From assembly GCA_964500535.1 (NCBI GenBank), contig CAZCPI010000012.1, positions 1 through 24,000 on the forward strand: a stretch of 24,000 nucleotides of DNA, read 5' to 3'. Below the pieces are notes generated by a model, which was given only the letters and a program-made list of their open reading frames with translations, did no database searches and had not been told where the DNA came from. Of this stretch, positions 1-7,648 are shown piece after piece; positions within the stretch are counted from its first letter, which is position 1; every line of letters begins with the position of its first letter. The position numbers were made by a program, and so were the translations under genes. This stretch comes from an uncultured Bacteroidales bacterium. GTDB lineage: Bacteria > Bacteroidota > Bacteroidia > Bacteroidales > UBA1402.

Positions 1-1
1 T

Positions 2-364
2 TTGTTTGGTGGGTATGGTTTTGAAGGTACAGTCGGAGGATTTGTATCAATGGGGTTGCCTGCTTTGGTTGCAGTACTTGTAATACTTGCTGAATTCGCA
101 GGAAGTATTGGAGTTATACTCGGTTTAGGTACAAGATTCATGTCACTTTCAATACTTATGACAATGACAGGAGCAATGGTACTTGGCGGTCATGTTAAAA
201 ACGGATTCTTTATGAACTGGTTTGGAAACCAGGCCGGTGAAGGAATGGAATATTTTATTTTAATTATCGGTCTGGCGATTGCAGTGTTGATAGGTGGAGC
301 AGGAAGGTTCGGTTTAGATAACCTGATTTCTTCAAAGCTTGAAAAGTGTTGCAAAAAAGGCTGA
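2..364 (+). CDS. DoxX family membrane protein (5' end outside window)
   Basis: The ORF is open from the window edge to TGA at 362-364. The translation is almost entirely hydrophobic helices with a DoxX-like pattern (LPALVAVLVILAEFAGSIGVILGLGTRF, GHVKNGFF, EYFILIIGLAIAVLIGGAGRFGLD). The leading TTG is probably not the real start. Confidence 0.75.
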   Translation: MFGGYGFEGTVGGFVSMGLPALVAVLVILAEFAGSIGVILGLGTRFMSLSILMTMTGAMVLGGHVKNGFFMNWFGNQAGEGMEYFILIIGLAIAVLIGGAGRFGLDNLISSKLEKCCKKG

Positions 365-397
365 TTTAAAGTCAAGTTCTTTTGTTATAAGAGAATA

Positions 398-509
398 ATT
401 GAATCTCCCCGCCACAAGCAGTGCTGAATGTTCGCTTACGTCCAGGAATAAATCATTTTTCGCTAATTCCACCTCATGGGAGCGGGGTATGCGCTCACCG
501 GAATTCAAT
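398..509 (+). repeat. GC-rich palindromic intergenic element, copy A (partner at 21687-21778 in opposite orientation)
   Basis: 398-413 (attgaatctccccgcc) is 16/16 identical to the reverse complement of 21720-21735. 481-509 (agcggggtatgcgctcaccggaattcaat) matches the reverse complement of 21687-21713 at 26 of 27 aligned positions plus a 2-nt indel. CCCCGC (407-412) pairs with GCGGGG (482-487), and ATTGAAT (398-404) pairs with ATTCAAT (503-509). Confidence 0.7.
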
Positions 510-520
510 AAATATTTAAA

Positions 521-566
521 GTAAACCTAAAAGCTCTTGATTGACTTTTAGGGTTTACTTTATTTT
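521..566. terminator. Bidirectional Rho-independent terminator between convergent DoxX and lipoprotein genes
   Basis: gtaaacctaaaag (521-533) pairs with cttttagggtttac (545-558), giving a 13-bp stem with one bulged G and an 11-nt loop. TTTATTTT follows on the plus strand and TTTAAATATTTATT on the minus strand. Confidence 0.65.
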
Positions 567-581
567 GAAACACCATTTCGG

Positions 582-1073
582 TTATTTCGATAATATCTCT
601 CCGTTAAAATTAATACTTTGTCTGTTAGGATCATTTACAGTCATAGTGGCATTCCCGTTTTCCCAGCAATCGATTAAAATGTCGAAAGCCCTCTCTGTGT
701 CAAGAGTTTTGATATTTATTAACCAATTCCCATTACGCTTTCCACTTTTAACAGAGTAATCAAATTTGGTACTTGTAAAGTTTATCCCACCTTCGTTAGA
801 GTTATAAGATGCAATATATGCCCGCCCAAAATATGGCAGATTAGCCTTAATCGTATCATTATGAACTTTAAAATCATAATAAGACGTTAGATTTACGCTC
901 TTAAACTCCAGTGAGGATGCAAAAGTTGCAACAAAAGTAAAATTCCCTGACTCAACTTTCTGTTGTATCAACCGGGCAACATCAGCTTTATCTGACAGGT
1001 TTCTGGTTGAATTACAACCATTAAACAAAAATAATGCTGTAAATGCCAACAAAATAAATCTCATGCGTTTCAT
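582..1073 (-). CDS. DUF4251-like lipoprotein
   Basis: 163-aa ORF with a signal peptide and lipobox (LFLFNGC). The PYFGRAY motif and two-lobed beta-rich sequence resemble what I recall of the Bacteroidota DUF4251 family. The family name is unverified. Confidence 0.7.
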   Translation of the reverse strand: MKRMRFILLAFTALFLFNGCNSTRNLSDKADVARLIQQKVESGNFTFVATFASSLEFKSVNLTSYYDFKVHNDTIKANLPYFGRAYIASYNSNEGGINFTSTKFDYSVKSGKRNGNWLINIKTLDTERAFDILIDCWENGNATMTVNDPNRQSINFNGEILSK

Positions 1074-1168
1074 ATGATATTATATATTTTTTTAATTTGG
1101 TCATATGGAACACCGCATACCAAACATACTACTTATATGGTAGCTTTATCTAAGTATGCTCGTTTCAT
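1074..1168 (-). promoter_or_regulatory. Upstream module copy 1: A/T-rich leader, hairpin 1096-1124, -7-like box TATGTTTG (minus strand, 1121-1128), conserved 18-nt box 1151-1168
   Basis: It has the same parts and spacing as the two modules upstream of hpt (7348-7505). TATGTTTG fits the Bacteroidota TAnnTTTG -7 consensus, 47 nt before the ATG at 1073. The box 1151-1168 is 16/18 identical to 7431-7448. Confidence 0.5.
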
Positions 1169-1183
1169 ACTCCGAAATTTTAG

Positions 1184-2794
1184 TTATTTAAATTGTAATA
1201 CGAGACTTTCAGCACATCTTTCTCCGTCAATGGCAGCGCTTACTATTCCTCCGGCATAACCAGCACCTTCTCCACATGGGTATAAGCCATCAATTTCAAT
1301 ATGTGATAATGTCTGAGGATCTCTTACGATTCTGACCGGTGAAGAAGTCCTGGTTTCAACACCCAGAAGCAGGGCTTCATTTGTAAGAAAACCGCGATTG
1401 CCTTTATCAAAAATGGTGAAACCGGTCTGAAGTCTGCCGGAAATAAATCCGGGAAGCCATTCATGCAAAGGAGAGCTGACTATTCCGGGAGTATATGATG
1501 AAACCGGAAGCTGACCGGATGTCTTTTTATTTACAAAGTCTGACATTCTTTGAACAGGAGCTGTTTGTTTACAACCTCCATGCTTGTAGCAAAGTGCCTC
1601 AAGTTGCTCCTGAAACTGCAAAATTCCAAGAACGTCATCTTTTGTCTCCTCAGAATCGATACCAGCTATCTTCAACTTTTGAGAAAGCTCTTTGTTAAAT
1701 TTATAATCTATATCTTCAGGATGAATCTCGACGACCAATCCTGCATTAGCCCATTTGGAGCCTCTGTTTGAAGGAGACATTCCGTTTACCACCACCTGCT
1801 CAGGACCACTGGCAGAAGGGACCACAAAACCTCCGGGGCACATACAGAATGAGTAAACGCCTCTGCCTTCAACTTGTGTAACCAAACTGTATTCTGCAGC
1901 AGGAAGAAACTCTCCTCTACCCTTTTCAGAATGGTACATAATCTTGTCAATAAGCTGTTGAGGATGTTCAAGCCTTACACCCACAGCAAAGCCTTTTGAC
2001 TCAAGTCTGATAGATTTTTTTCTAAGCAATCTGTAAACATCGCGGGCCGAGTGTCCTGTTGCAAGTATAACAGGTCCTAAAAATTCTTTTCCGGAAGATG
2101 TTCTTACACCGGCGACTTTACCATTTTTAATTATTAAATCATCCATTCTGGTATTAAAATGGACATAACCTCCGCATTTTATGATCTGGTTTCTCATATT
2201 TTCGATTACAGCTGGAAGTTTATCTGTACCAATATGGGGATGGGCATCAACAAGAATGGATGAACTGGCTCCAAACTGACAAAATACTTTAAGAATTTTT
2301 TCTACGTTTCCACGTTTTTTACTTCTTGTATAAAGCTTTCCATCAGAGAATGCACCGGCTCCACCCTCACCAAAACAATAATTAGACTCAGGATTTACCT
2401 GATGCTCACGGGAAATCAATGCAATGTCTGACTTTCTTTCTCTTACTGATTTACCTCTTTCGATTATTATTGGTTTTATACCAAGCTCAATTAGTCTTAA
2501 AGCTGCAAAAAGTCCTCCGGGGCCTGCACCTACGACTATAGCCTGTGGAGCTCCTGATACATCAGGATAAAAAACAGGTTCAAAAAGTTCTGTTTCAGGC
2601 TCTTCATTTATAAAAAACCTTACTCTCAGATTTATAATAATATTTTTTTGACGGGCATCTATTGATCGTCTTATAACCTGTAGTCCTTTGATTTCACCAG
2701 TATTCAAAGATTTTTCCTTTACAATATAAGCCTTTATACTCTGCTCATTAGCAGCAATATAAGGAGCAACTCTTATGTCAAATTCCTGAATCAT
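1184..2794 (-). CDS. FAD-dependent oxidoreductase (COG2509-type uncharacterised FAD-dependent dehydrogenase)
   Basis: 536-aa ORF with the dinucleotide-binding motif VVGAGPGGLFAALRL. The N-terminal IRRSIDARQK region and the C-terminal GLYPCGEGAGYAGGI motif are typical of this family. Confidence 0.85.
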   Translation of the reverse strand: MIQEFDIRVAPYIAANEQSIKAYIVKEKSLNTGEIKGLQVIRRSIDARQKNIIINLRVRFFINEEPETELFEPVFYPDVSGAPQAIVVGAGPGGLFAALRLIELGIKPIIIERGKSVRERKSDIALISREHQVNPESNYCFGEGGAGAFSDGKLYTRSKKRGNVEKILKVFCQFGASSSILVDAHPHIGTDKLPAVIENMRNQIIKCGGYVHFNTRMDDLIIKNGKVAGVRTSSGKEFLGPVILATGHSARDVYRLLRKKSIRLESKGFAVGVRLEHPQQLIDKIMYHSEKGRGEFLPAAEYSLVTQVEGRGVYSFCMCPGGFVVPSASGPEQVVVNGMSPSNRGSKWANAGLVVEIHPEDIDYKFNKELSQKLKIAGIDSEETKDDVLGILQFQEQLEALCYKHGGCKQTAPVQRMSDFVNKKTSGQLPVSSYTPGIVSSPLHEWLPGFISGRLQTGFTIFDKGNRGFLTNEALLLGVETRTSSPVRIVRDPQTLSHIEIDGLYPCGEGAGYAGGIVSAAIDGERCAESLVLQFK

Positions 2795-4161
2795 GCGAAT
2801 AACAGTCTGAAAGCATCCTCAACTTTTGTAACCTGATGTATCTCAATATCAAATCTTTTCAGGTTAACAGATGATGATGCAAATTTCGGAATAATAATCT
2901 TGTTGAAACCTAATTTCTGCGCTTCAAAAAGCCTTTGCTCAATACGGTTGACTGGTCTGATTTCACCTGACAAACCGACCTCACCAGCCAGACAAATACT
3001 TTTATCTATGACTATATCAAGACTGGAAGATAATATAGAGCACATTACAGCCAGATCTATGGCAGTATCATCTACTTTGATGCCACCGGCAATATTCAGG
3101 AAAACATCTTTTTGAGCCAGTTTGAAACCGGCTCTTTTTTCAAGAACAGCAAGCAACATATTAAGACGTCTGGAATCAAAACCAGTGGTTGCTCTTTGTG
3201 GTGTCCCGTAAGCCGCAGTACTCACAAGACCCTGAACCTCGATAAGAAAAGGCCTGATACCTTCTATTGCGGCGGCTATCGACACACCGCTTAATCCTGT
3301 ATGGTTTTGTGATAATAAAAGCTCGGAAGGATTAACAACTTCCCTCAAACCATCCTGCAGCATTTCATAAATCCCTATTTCAGATGTACTTCCAAAACGG
3401 TTTTTGATAGATCTCAGTATTCTGTACATATATTGCTGATCTCCTTCAAAAAGTAATACCGTGTCAACTATGTGTTCAAGAACTTTAGGTCCTGCTATAC
3501 TGCCTTCTTTGTTTATATGCCCGATTAAAATGACAGGAGTACCGCTTTCTTTAGCAAATCTGAGCAAGGAGGCAGCAGATTCCCTTACCTGCGTAACACT
3601 TCCCGGTGAAGATTCAGCAAGCTCAGTAGATACTGTCTGGATAGAATCAATAATTAGCAGGTCAGGCTTGATATTTGAAGTATGAATAAAAATTTCTTCA
3701 AGAGAAGTTTCACTGACAAACCAGGCGTTTTGATTGTCGCCTTTTATACGTTCAGCTCTTAATTTGAGTTGTTGTACACTCTCTTCACCGGACACATAAA
3801 GGACTTTATTTTTGTCCATTTTCAGAACGGTTTGCAAAACAAGAGTTGATTTGCCGATACCGGGCTCGCCTCCTATCAATATTAAAGATCCCGGCACTAT
3901 ACCTCCACCAAGTACTCTGTTTAATTCCATGCAACCGGTATCAATCCTTGGCTGTGAAGCAAGTTCAACCTCTGACAAAAGTACAGGTTTCGACTTTGGA
4001 GCATGAAATCCGGATACTGTAGGCCTTTTACTACCTGAATCCACCCTTATAATTTCTTCATGGTAAGTATTCCATTCACCACATGCCGGACATTTCCCAA
4101 TCCATTTTGGTGAATCGGCGCCACAATTATTACATACATAAAGACTTTTAGCTTTAGCCAT
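2791..4161 (-). CDS. radA: DNA repair protein RadA/Sms
   Basis: N-terminal zinc finger CNNCG...CPACGEWNT, Walker A GGEPGIGKST, the RadA-specific KNRFG motif and a Lon-like C-terminal domain. The stop overlaps the downstream start by 4 bp (ATGA at 2791-2794). Confidence 0.95.
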   Translation of the reverse strand: MAKAKSLYVCNNCGADSPKWIGKCPACGEWNTYHEEIIRVDSGSKRPTVSGFHAPKSKPVLLSEVELASQPRIDTGCMELNRVLGGGIVPGSLILIGGEPGIGKSTLVLQTVLKMDKNKVLYVSGEESVQQLKLRAERIKGDNQNAWFVSETSLEEIFIHTSNIKPDLLIIDSIQTVSTELAESSPGSVTQVRESAASLLRFAKESGTPVILIGHINKEGSIAGPKVLEHIVDTVLLFEGDQQYMYRILRSIKNRFGSTSEIGIYEMLQDGLREVVNPSELLLSQNHTGLSGVSIAAAIEGIRPFLIEVQGLVSTAAYGTPQRATTGFDSRRLNMLLAVLEKRAGFKLAQKDVFLNIAGGIKVDDTAIDLAVMCSILSSSLDIVIDKSICLAGEVGLSGEIRPVNRIEQRLFEAQKLGFNKIIIPKFASSSVNLKRFDIEIHQVTKVEDAFRLLFA

Positions 4162-4182
4162 GAACTTTGATATTGATTAGTT

Positions 4183-4190
4183 CAAAGGTA
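4183..4190 (-). promoter_or_regulatory. Candidate Bacteroidota -7 promoter box (TACCTTTG) for radA
   Basis: The minus strand reads TACCTTTG, matching TAnnTTTG, 21 nt upstream of the radA ATG at 4161. Confidence 0.35.
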
Positions 4191-4338
4191 TAAAACAAAA
4201 AGGCTTTACGAAAGGCTTTCAATTTTAAAATTAAAGCCGAAGAAATTGTTGTTTCAGCACGCTGAACTGAACAATTAATCGCAGAAGTTGATAAATTGTT
4301 CCACGAGAGTTTACAAGTTAATCCACGAGAGTTTTTTA

Positions 4339-5112
4339 CTAGTCCTGATGACTCCTCTGCTCGCCAATCCCAAATAGTGCAAAATCATATTTAACGGGAT
4401 CTTCCGGACAAAGGTCTTTCAATATAGAGGTAAGTTGTTCTACTGATTTTCTGTCATTTTGCTTGCGTTCCAACAATTTCAGCTCACGTGAAACCCTGCC
4501 CACATGGACATCAAGTGGTATAAACAATTCCTTTGGAGAAATAGTATTCCAAACTCCCAAATCTACAATACCGTCATTTCTGACCAACCAGCGTAATGCA
4601 AGATGCAGCCTTTTACATGCGGACCCTGACTCAGGATTTGATATATGCCTGGAGTCCTGATTATTATTTGCATCAGCAATTATTTTTCTGAATTTTCTTA
4701 TGCCTTCCCAAAGATTGATTTCCCCGATGAAGACGTCCTGAATACTATTGTATTGCTTATACAAAAAGTTCAAACCCCGACATATATAAGCCATATCAGG
4801 TTCGAAAAATGTTCTGTGAATATTCTTTGTACCAAGACTGAGATACCCTTCAGACATGATATAATCAGTGGGACTGACGCCCATTATTCCGAGCATTCTG
4901 TCAGCTGATTTCAAAATCATTTTACGGTTTCCCCAGGTTATAGTTGAAACCAGAAAGGTAACGATCTCAATATCGCTAAGATTTTTATATTTCCGGGGAA
5001 ATTGGACGGGATCATTTTCGATGAAACCGGGAATATTTATCTTTTCAGACCATTCTTCCAGAAAAGCCTTAAGGTCAGAATGGTTTTCAGGAAAACTTAA
5101 ATCCATCTTCAT
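4339..5112 (-). CDS. TIGR02757 (DUF2400) family protein
   Basis: 257-aa ORF. The N-terminal region (DPVQFPRKY ... [18 protein letters not shown]) and the C-terminal [12 protein letters not shown] segment resemble this family as I recall it. The start overlaps the obg 3' end by 26 nt; an alternative Met at 5106 gives a 20-nt overlap. Confidence 0.7.
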   Translation of the reverse strand: MKMDLSFPENHSDLKAFLEEWSEKINIPGFIENDPVQFPRKYKNLSDIEIVTFLVSTITWGNRKMILKSADRMLGIMGVSPTDYIMSEGYLSLGTKNIHRTFFEPDMAYICRGLNFLYKQYNSIQDVFIGEINLWEGIRKFRKIIADANNNQDSRHISNPESGSACKRLHLALRWLVRNDGIVDLGVWNTISPKELFIPLDVHVGRVSRELKLLERKQNDRKSVEQLTSILKDLCPEDPVKYDFALFGIGEQRSHQD

Positions 5113-6196
5113 CTACAAAATCATCAGAATCAGATAATTCATCTTCTGAACCGGTATCATCTTTAATGTTCAGGGATCTGTGAGTCAATGTAACTACCCG
5201 GTTTTTCTCATCATTGAGCTCAAACCATAGTTTATCTTTCAGATTGGACAAACCCTGACCGGTTATAGAAGAAATAAAAATTACTGAGATACCCGGTAAT
5301 GAAGCCTCGATTTCTTCCATTAACTCTTCATCCAGCATATCAGATTTACTGACAGCTACAATTTTTTGTTTATCAAGCAATTCAGGATTGAACTTACCCA
5401 ACTCACTAAGTAAAATTTCATATTCCTTACCAATATCATTGCTGTCTGCAGGAATCATAAAAAGCAAAACAGCGTTTCTCTCAATATGTCTCAGAAACCT
5501 TAGACCAATACCTTTACCTTCTGATGCACCTTCAATAATACCGGGAATGTCTGCCATAACAAAAGACTGACTATCCCTGTAAGAGACTATTCCCAGGTGT
5601 GGTTCAAGAGTAGTGAAAGGATAATCAGCTATTTTAGGTTTCGCCGCTGATAAGACAGACAATAATGTTGATTTGCCGGCATTTGGAAATCCAACCAGAC
5701 CTACATCTGCAAGAAGTTTTAATTCGAGTATCACATTTCTTTCTTCAAGAGGCTCACCTGGTTGTGAAAACCTTGGAGTCTGATTGGTTGCAGTGCGGAA
5801 GTTCCAGTTACCAAGACCTCCACGGCCACCCTTCAACAAAATAACTTCCTGACCATCTTCATTAACATCGCACAGAAATTCACCGCTGTCTGCATCATAT
5901 GCTACTGTTCCTACAGGTACATCTATATAAATATCTTCACCATCTTTACCGGTACTGCAATTACCGCTTCCACTTCCACCATGTTCAGCAAATACATGTC
6001 TCGCATATCTCAAATGGATTAGCGTCCAGTAATTTGATTTAGCTCTCAAAATAACATGGCCTCCCCTTCCGCCGTTTCCTCCGTCAGGTCCGCCTTTAGC
6101 TATATATTTCTCACGGTGATAATGCGTAGACCCTCTACCCCCGTTGCCTGAACGGCAAAAAATCTTTACATAATCAACAAAGTTGCTTTCAGCCAT
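5087..6196 (-). CDS. obg: GTPase Obg/CgtA
   Basis: Glycine-rich Obg fold ([18 protein letters not shown]) followed by G-domain motifs GFPNAGKST and DIPGIIEGA. It has an acidic C-terminal tail. Confidence 0.95.
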   Translation of the reverse strand: MAESNFVDYVKIFCRSGNGGRGSTHYHREKYIAKGGPDGGNGGRGGHVILRAKSNYWTLIHLRYARHVFAEHGGSGSGNCSTGKDGEDIYIDVPVGTVAYDADSGEFLCDVNEDGQEVILLKGGRGGLGNWNFRTATNQTPRFSQPGEPLEERNVILELKLLADVGLVGFPNAGKSTLLSVLSAAKPKIADYPFTTLEPHLGIVSYRDSQSFVMADIPGIIEGASEGKGIGLRFLRHIERNAVLLFMIPADSNDIGKEYEILLSELGKFNPELLDKQKIVAVSKSDMLDEELMEEIEASLPGISVIFISSITGQGLSNLKDKLWFELNDEKNRVVTLTHRSLNIKDDTGSEDELSDSDDFVDEDGFKFS

Positions 6197-6232
6197 GTAT
6201 TTTATTTTTTAAGTTTAAAACAGAAAAAGTAA

Positions 6233-6808
6233 TTATATACGAGATTCTATGGATTTGCAAATCCTTTCAAAAATCATGTCAACTTCTCCCGTACCATCAA
6301 TTTCAGCCTCAAGTCCTTCTGCTTTATAAAAGTTTTTAACCGGAGCTGTTTTAGAATTATAAACCTGGATTCTGTGCTTAATGGTTTCATAATTATCATC
6401 GGTACGACCCGAAGTCTGTCCTCTGTATAAAAGTCTTTTGATCAGTTCTTCTTCATCCACAGCCAAATCAATTACAACAGATATTTTCATATCTCTGTCA
6501 TTTAACATAGATTTTAGTGCAACTGCCTGATCTGTAGTTCTTGGGAAACCATCAAAAATAAAACCTGTCTTTTTAACATCCTTATCAAGAACATCTGCCA
6601 GCATATCAATCATAAGTTCATCGGGAACAAGGTTACCCTGGCTTATAAAAGATTCTATTTTTTTACCGATTTCGCTACCGCTTTCAACTTCATTTCTAAG
6701 CAAATCCCCAGTTGAAAGATGTCTGAAACCGTACTTTTTTGCTATAAAAGCACTCTGTGTCCCTTTTCCGGAACCCGGAGCTCCAAAAATTACAACATTA
6801 CAAATCAT
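6233..6808 (-). CDS. adk: Adenylate kinase (short-lid form)
   Basis: P-loop IFGAPGSGKGTQ, then LSTGDLLR and GFIFDGFPRT motifs. There is no Cys4 zinc lid. Confidence 0.95.
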   Translation of the reverse strand: MICNVVIFGAPGSGKGTQSAFIAKKYGFRHLSTGDLLRNEVESGSEIGKKIESFISQGNLVPDELMIDMLADVLDKDVKKTGFIFDGFPRTTDQAVALKSMLNDRDMKISVVIDLAVDEEELIKRLLYRGQTSGRTDDNYETIKHRIQVYNSKTAPVKNFYKAEGLEAEIDGTGEVDMIFERICKSIESRI

Positions 6809-6815
6809 TGAGAAA

Positions 6816-7352
6816 CTATTTAATTAGGGTGTAAACTTCACTAAGATTTCTTCCGTATCCATCATAATCAAGTCCAAAACCGACTACAAATTCATTCGGA
6901 ATTTCAAGGGCAATGTAATCAGGATTAACATCACAAACCAGAGCATCAGGTTTAAAAAGAAAAGTGGCAATTCTGATATCAGCTGGATTTCTGGTTAACA
7001 AAGAATCCATTAACTGGCGCATCGTCCTGCCTGAATCAACTATATCCTCAACTATTACGATGGTTCTGCCTTCAATATTTTCAGTAAGTCCGAAAACCTC
7101 CCTGACTTTTCCTCCACTCTCCATACCCTGATATGAGGCAAGTTTAACAAAACTTATCTCACAATCAATAGATATTTCCTTCATCAAATCTGAGGCAAAC
7201 ATGAAAGATCCGTTGAGTACAGCAAGAAAAAGAGGCCTTTTACCCTCAAGATCTTTATTAATCTTTTCAGCAGCCTTTTTAATTGAATCGCTTATCATTT
7301 TCTCTGATAACAGAAGGCTGAAATCCTTGTCTTTAACTCTTACAGTTTTCAT
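6816..7352 (-). CDS. hpt: Hypoxanthine phosphoribosyltransferase
   Basis: PRPP-binding motif IVEDIVDSGRT and the C-terminal VVGFGLDY motif. It lies 7 bp upstream of adk, so the two are likely co-transcribed. Confidence 0.93.
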   Translation of the reverse strand: MKTVRVKDKDFSLLLSEKMISDSIKKAAEKINKDLEGKRPLFLAVLNGSFMFASDLMKEISIDCEISFVKLASYQGMESGGKVREVFGLTENIEGRTIVIVEDIVDSGRTMRQLMDSLLTRNPADIRIATFLFKPDALVCDVNPDYIALEIPNEFVVGFGLDYDGYGRNLSEVYTLIK

Positions 7353-7505
7353 ATATTATTATTTATTTTTTACACTAAGGCTATATGTAACGCCGCATGC
7401 CATAATTATTACTAGTTTGGACGTTTTGTTTAAGCATGCTCGCTTCATATATTATTATTTATTTTTTACACTATGGCAATGTGGAACACAAGATGCCATA
7501 CTTAC
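7348..7505 (-). repeat. Tandem duplication of the hpt upstream module (unit 7348-7443, second unit 7444 to about 7505)
   Basis: The 30-mer ttcatatattattatttattttttacacta occurs perfectly at 7348-7377 and 7444-7473, a 96-bp period. Both units continue into a related hairpin (7376-7404 and 7472-7500) and a TAnnTaTG box on the minus strand (7401-7408 and 7497-7504). Confidence 0.65.
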
Positions 7506-7584
7506 CTGAATTTAGTATATTCTGTATTAAGGTGCGAAATTACAAAAAAATCAAAAACGATTCTTCAACTATACTTTTTATTTA

Positions 7585-7592
7585 TAGATTTG
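7585..7592 (+). promoter_or_regulatory. Candidate -7 promoter box (TAGATTTG) for the C10 peptidase operon
   Basis: Matches TAnnTTTG 56 nt upstream of the ATG at 7649. No clear -33 TTTG was seen. Confidence 0.3.
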
Positions 7593-7648
7593 TATTATAT
7601 ACTGCGTTAGTTCGCCATTTTATAATTTTATTCTTAACAATTCTATTT

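Noticed and set aside
398-509. Is the GC-rich island a tRNA, SRP RNA, tmRNA, CRISPR repeat or group II intron domain V?
   Set aside because: No cloverleaf or T-loop (GTTCGAATC-like) could be drawn. The SRP domain IV GGAAGCAGC-type motif is absent. There are only two copies 21 kb apart, with no spacer array or cas genes. The GAGCGGGGTATGCG resemblance to intron domain V lacks the complementary 3' half.
4214-4238. AT-rich palindrome ggctttcaattttaaaattaaagcc as a terminator for the TIGR02757 gene
   Set aside because: The stem is mostly A/T with a bulge, and only three U residues follow directly on the minus strand. It could equally be chance in AT-rich DNA. The operon may read through into radA or use the downstream promoter.
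7436-7648. N-terminal 71 codons of the 913-aa tracked ORF (MLASYIIIYFLHYGNVEHK...)
   Set aside because: This stretch covers the hpt upstream repeats and the candidate promoter box. It has no signal peptide and is low-complexity A/T-driven sequence. The internal Met at 7649 gives a canonical signal peptide, followed directly by the Spi-like prodomain.
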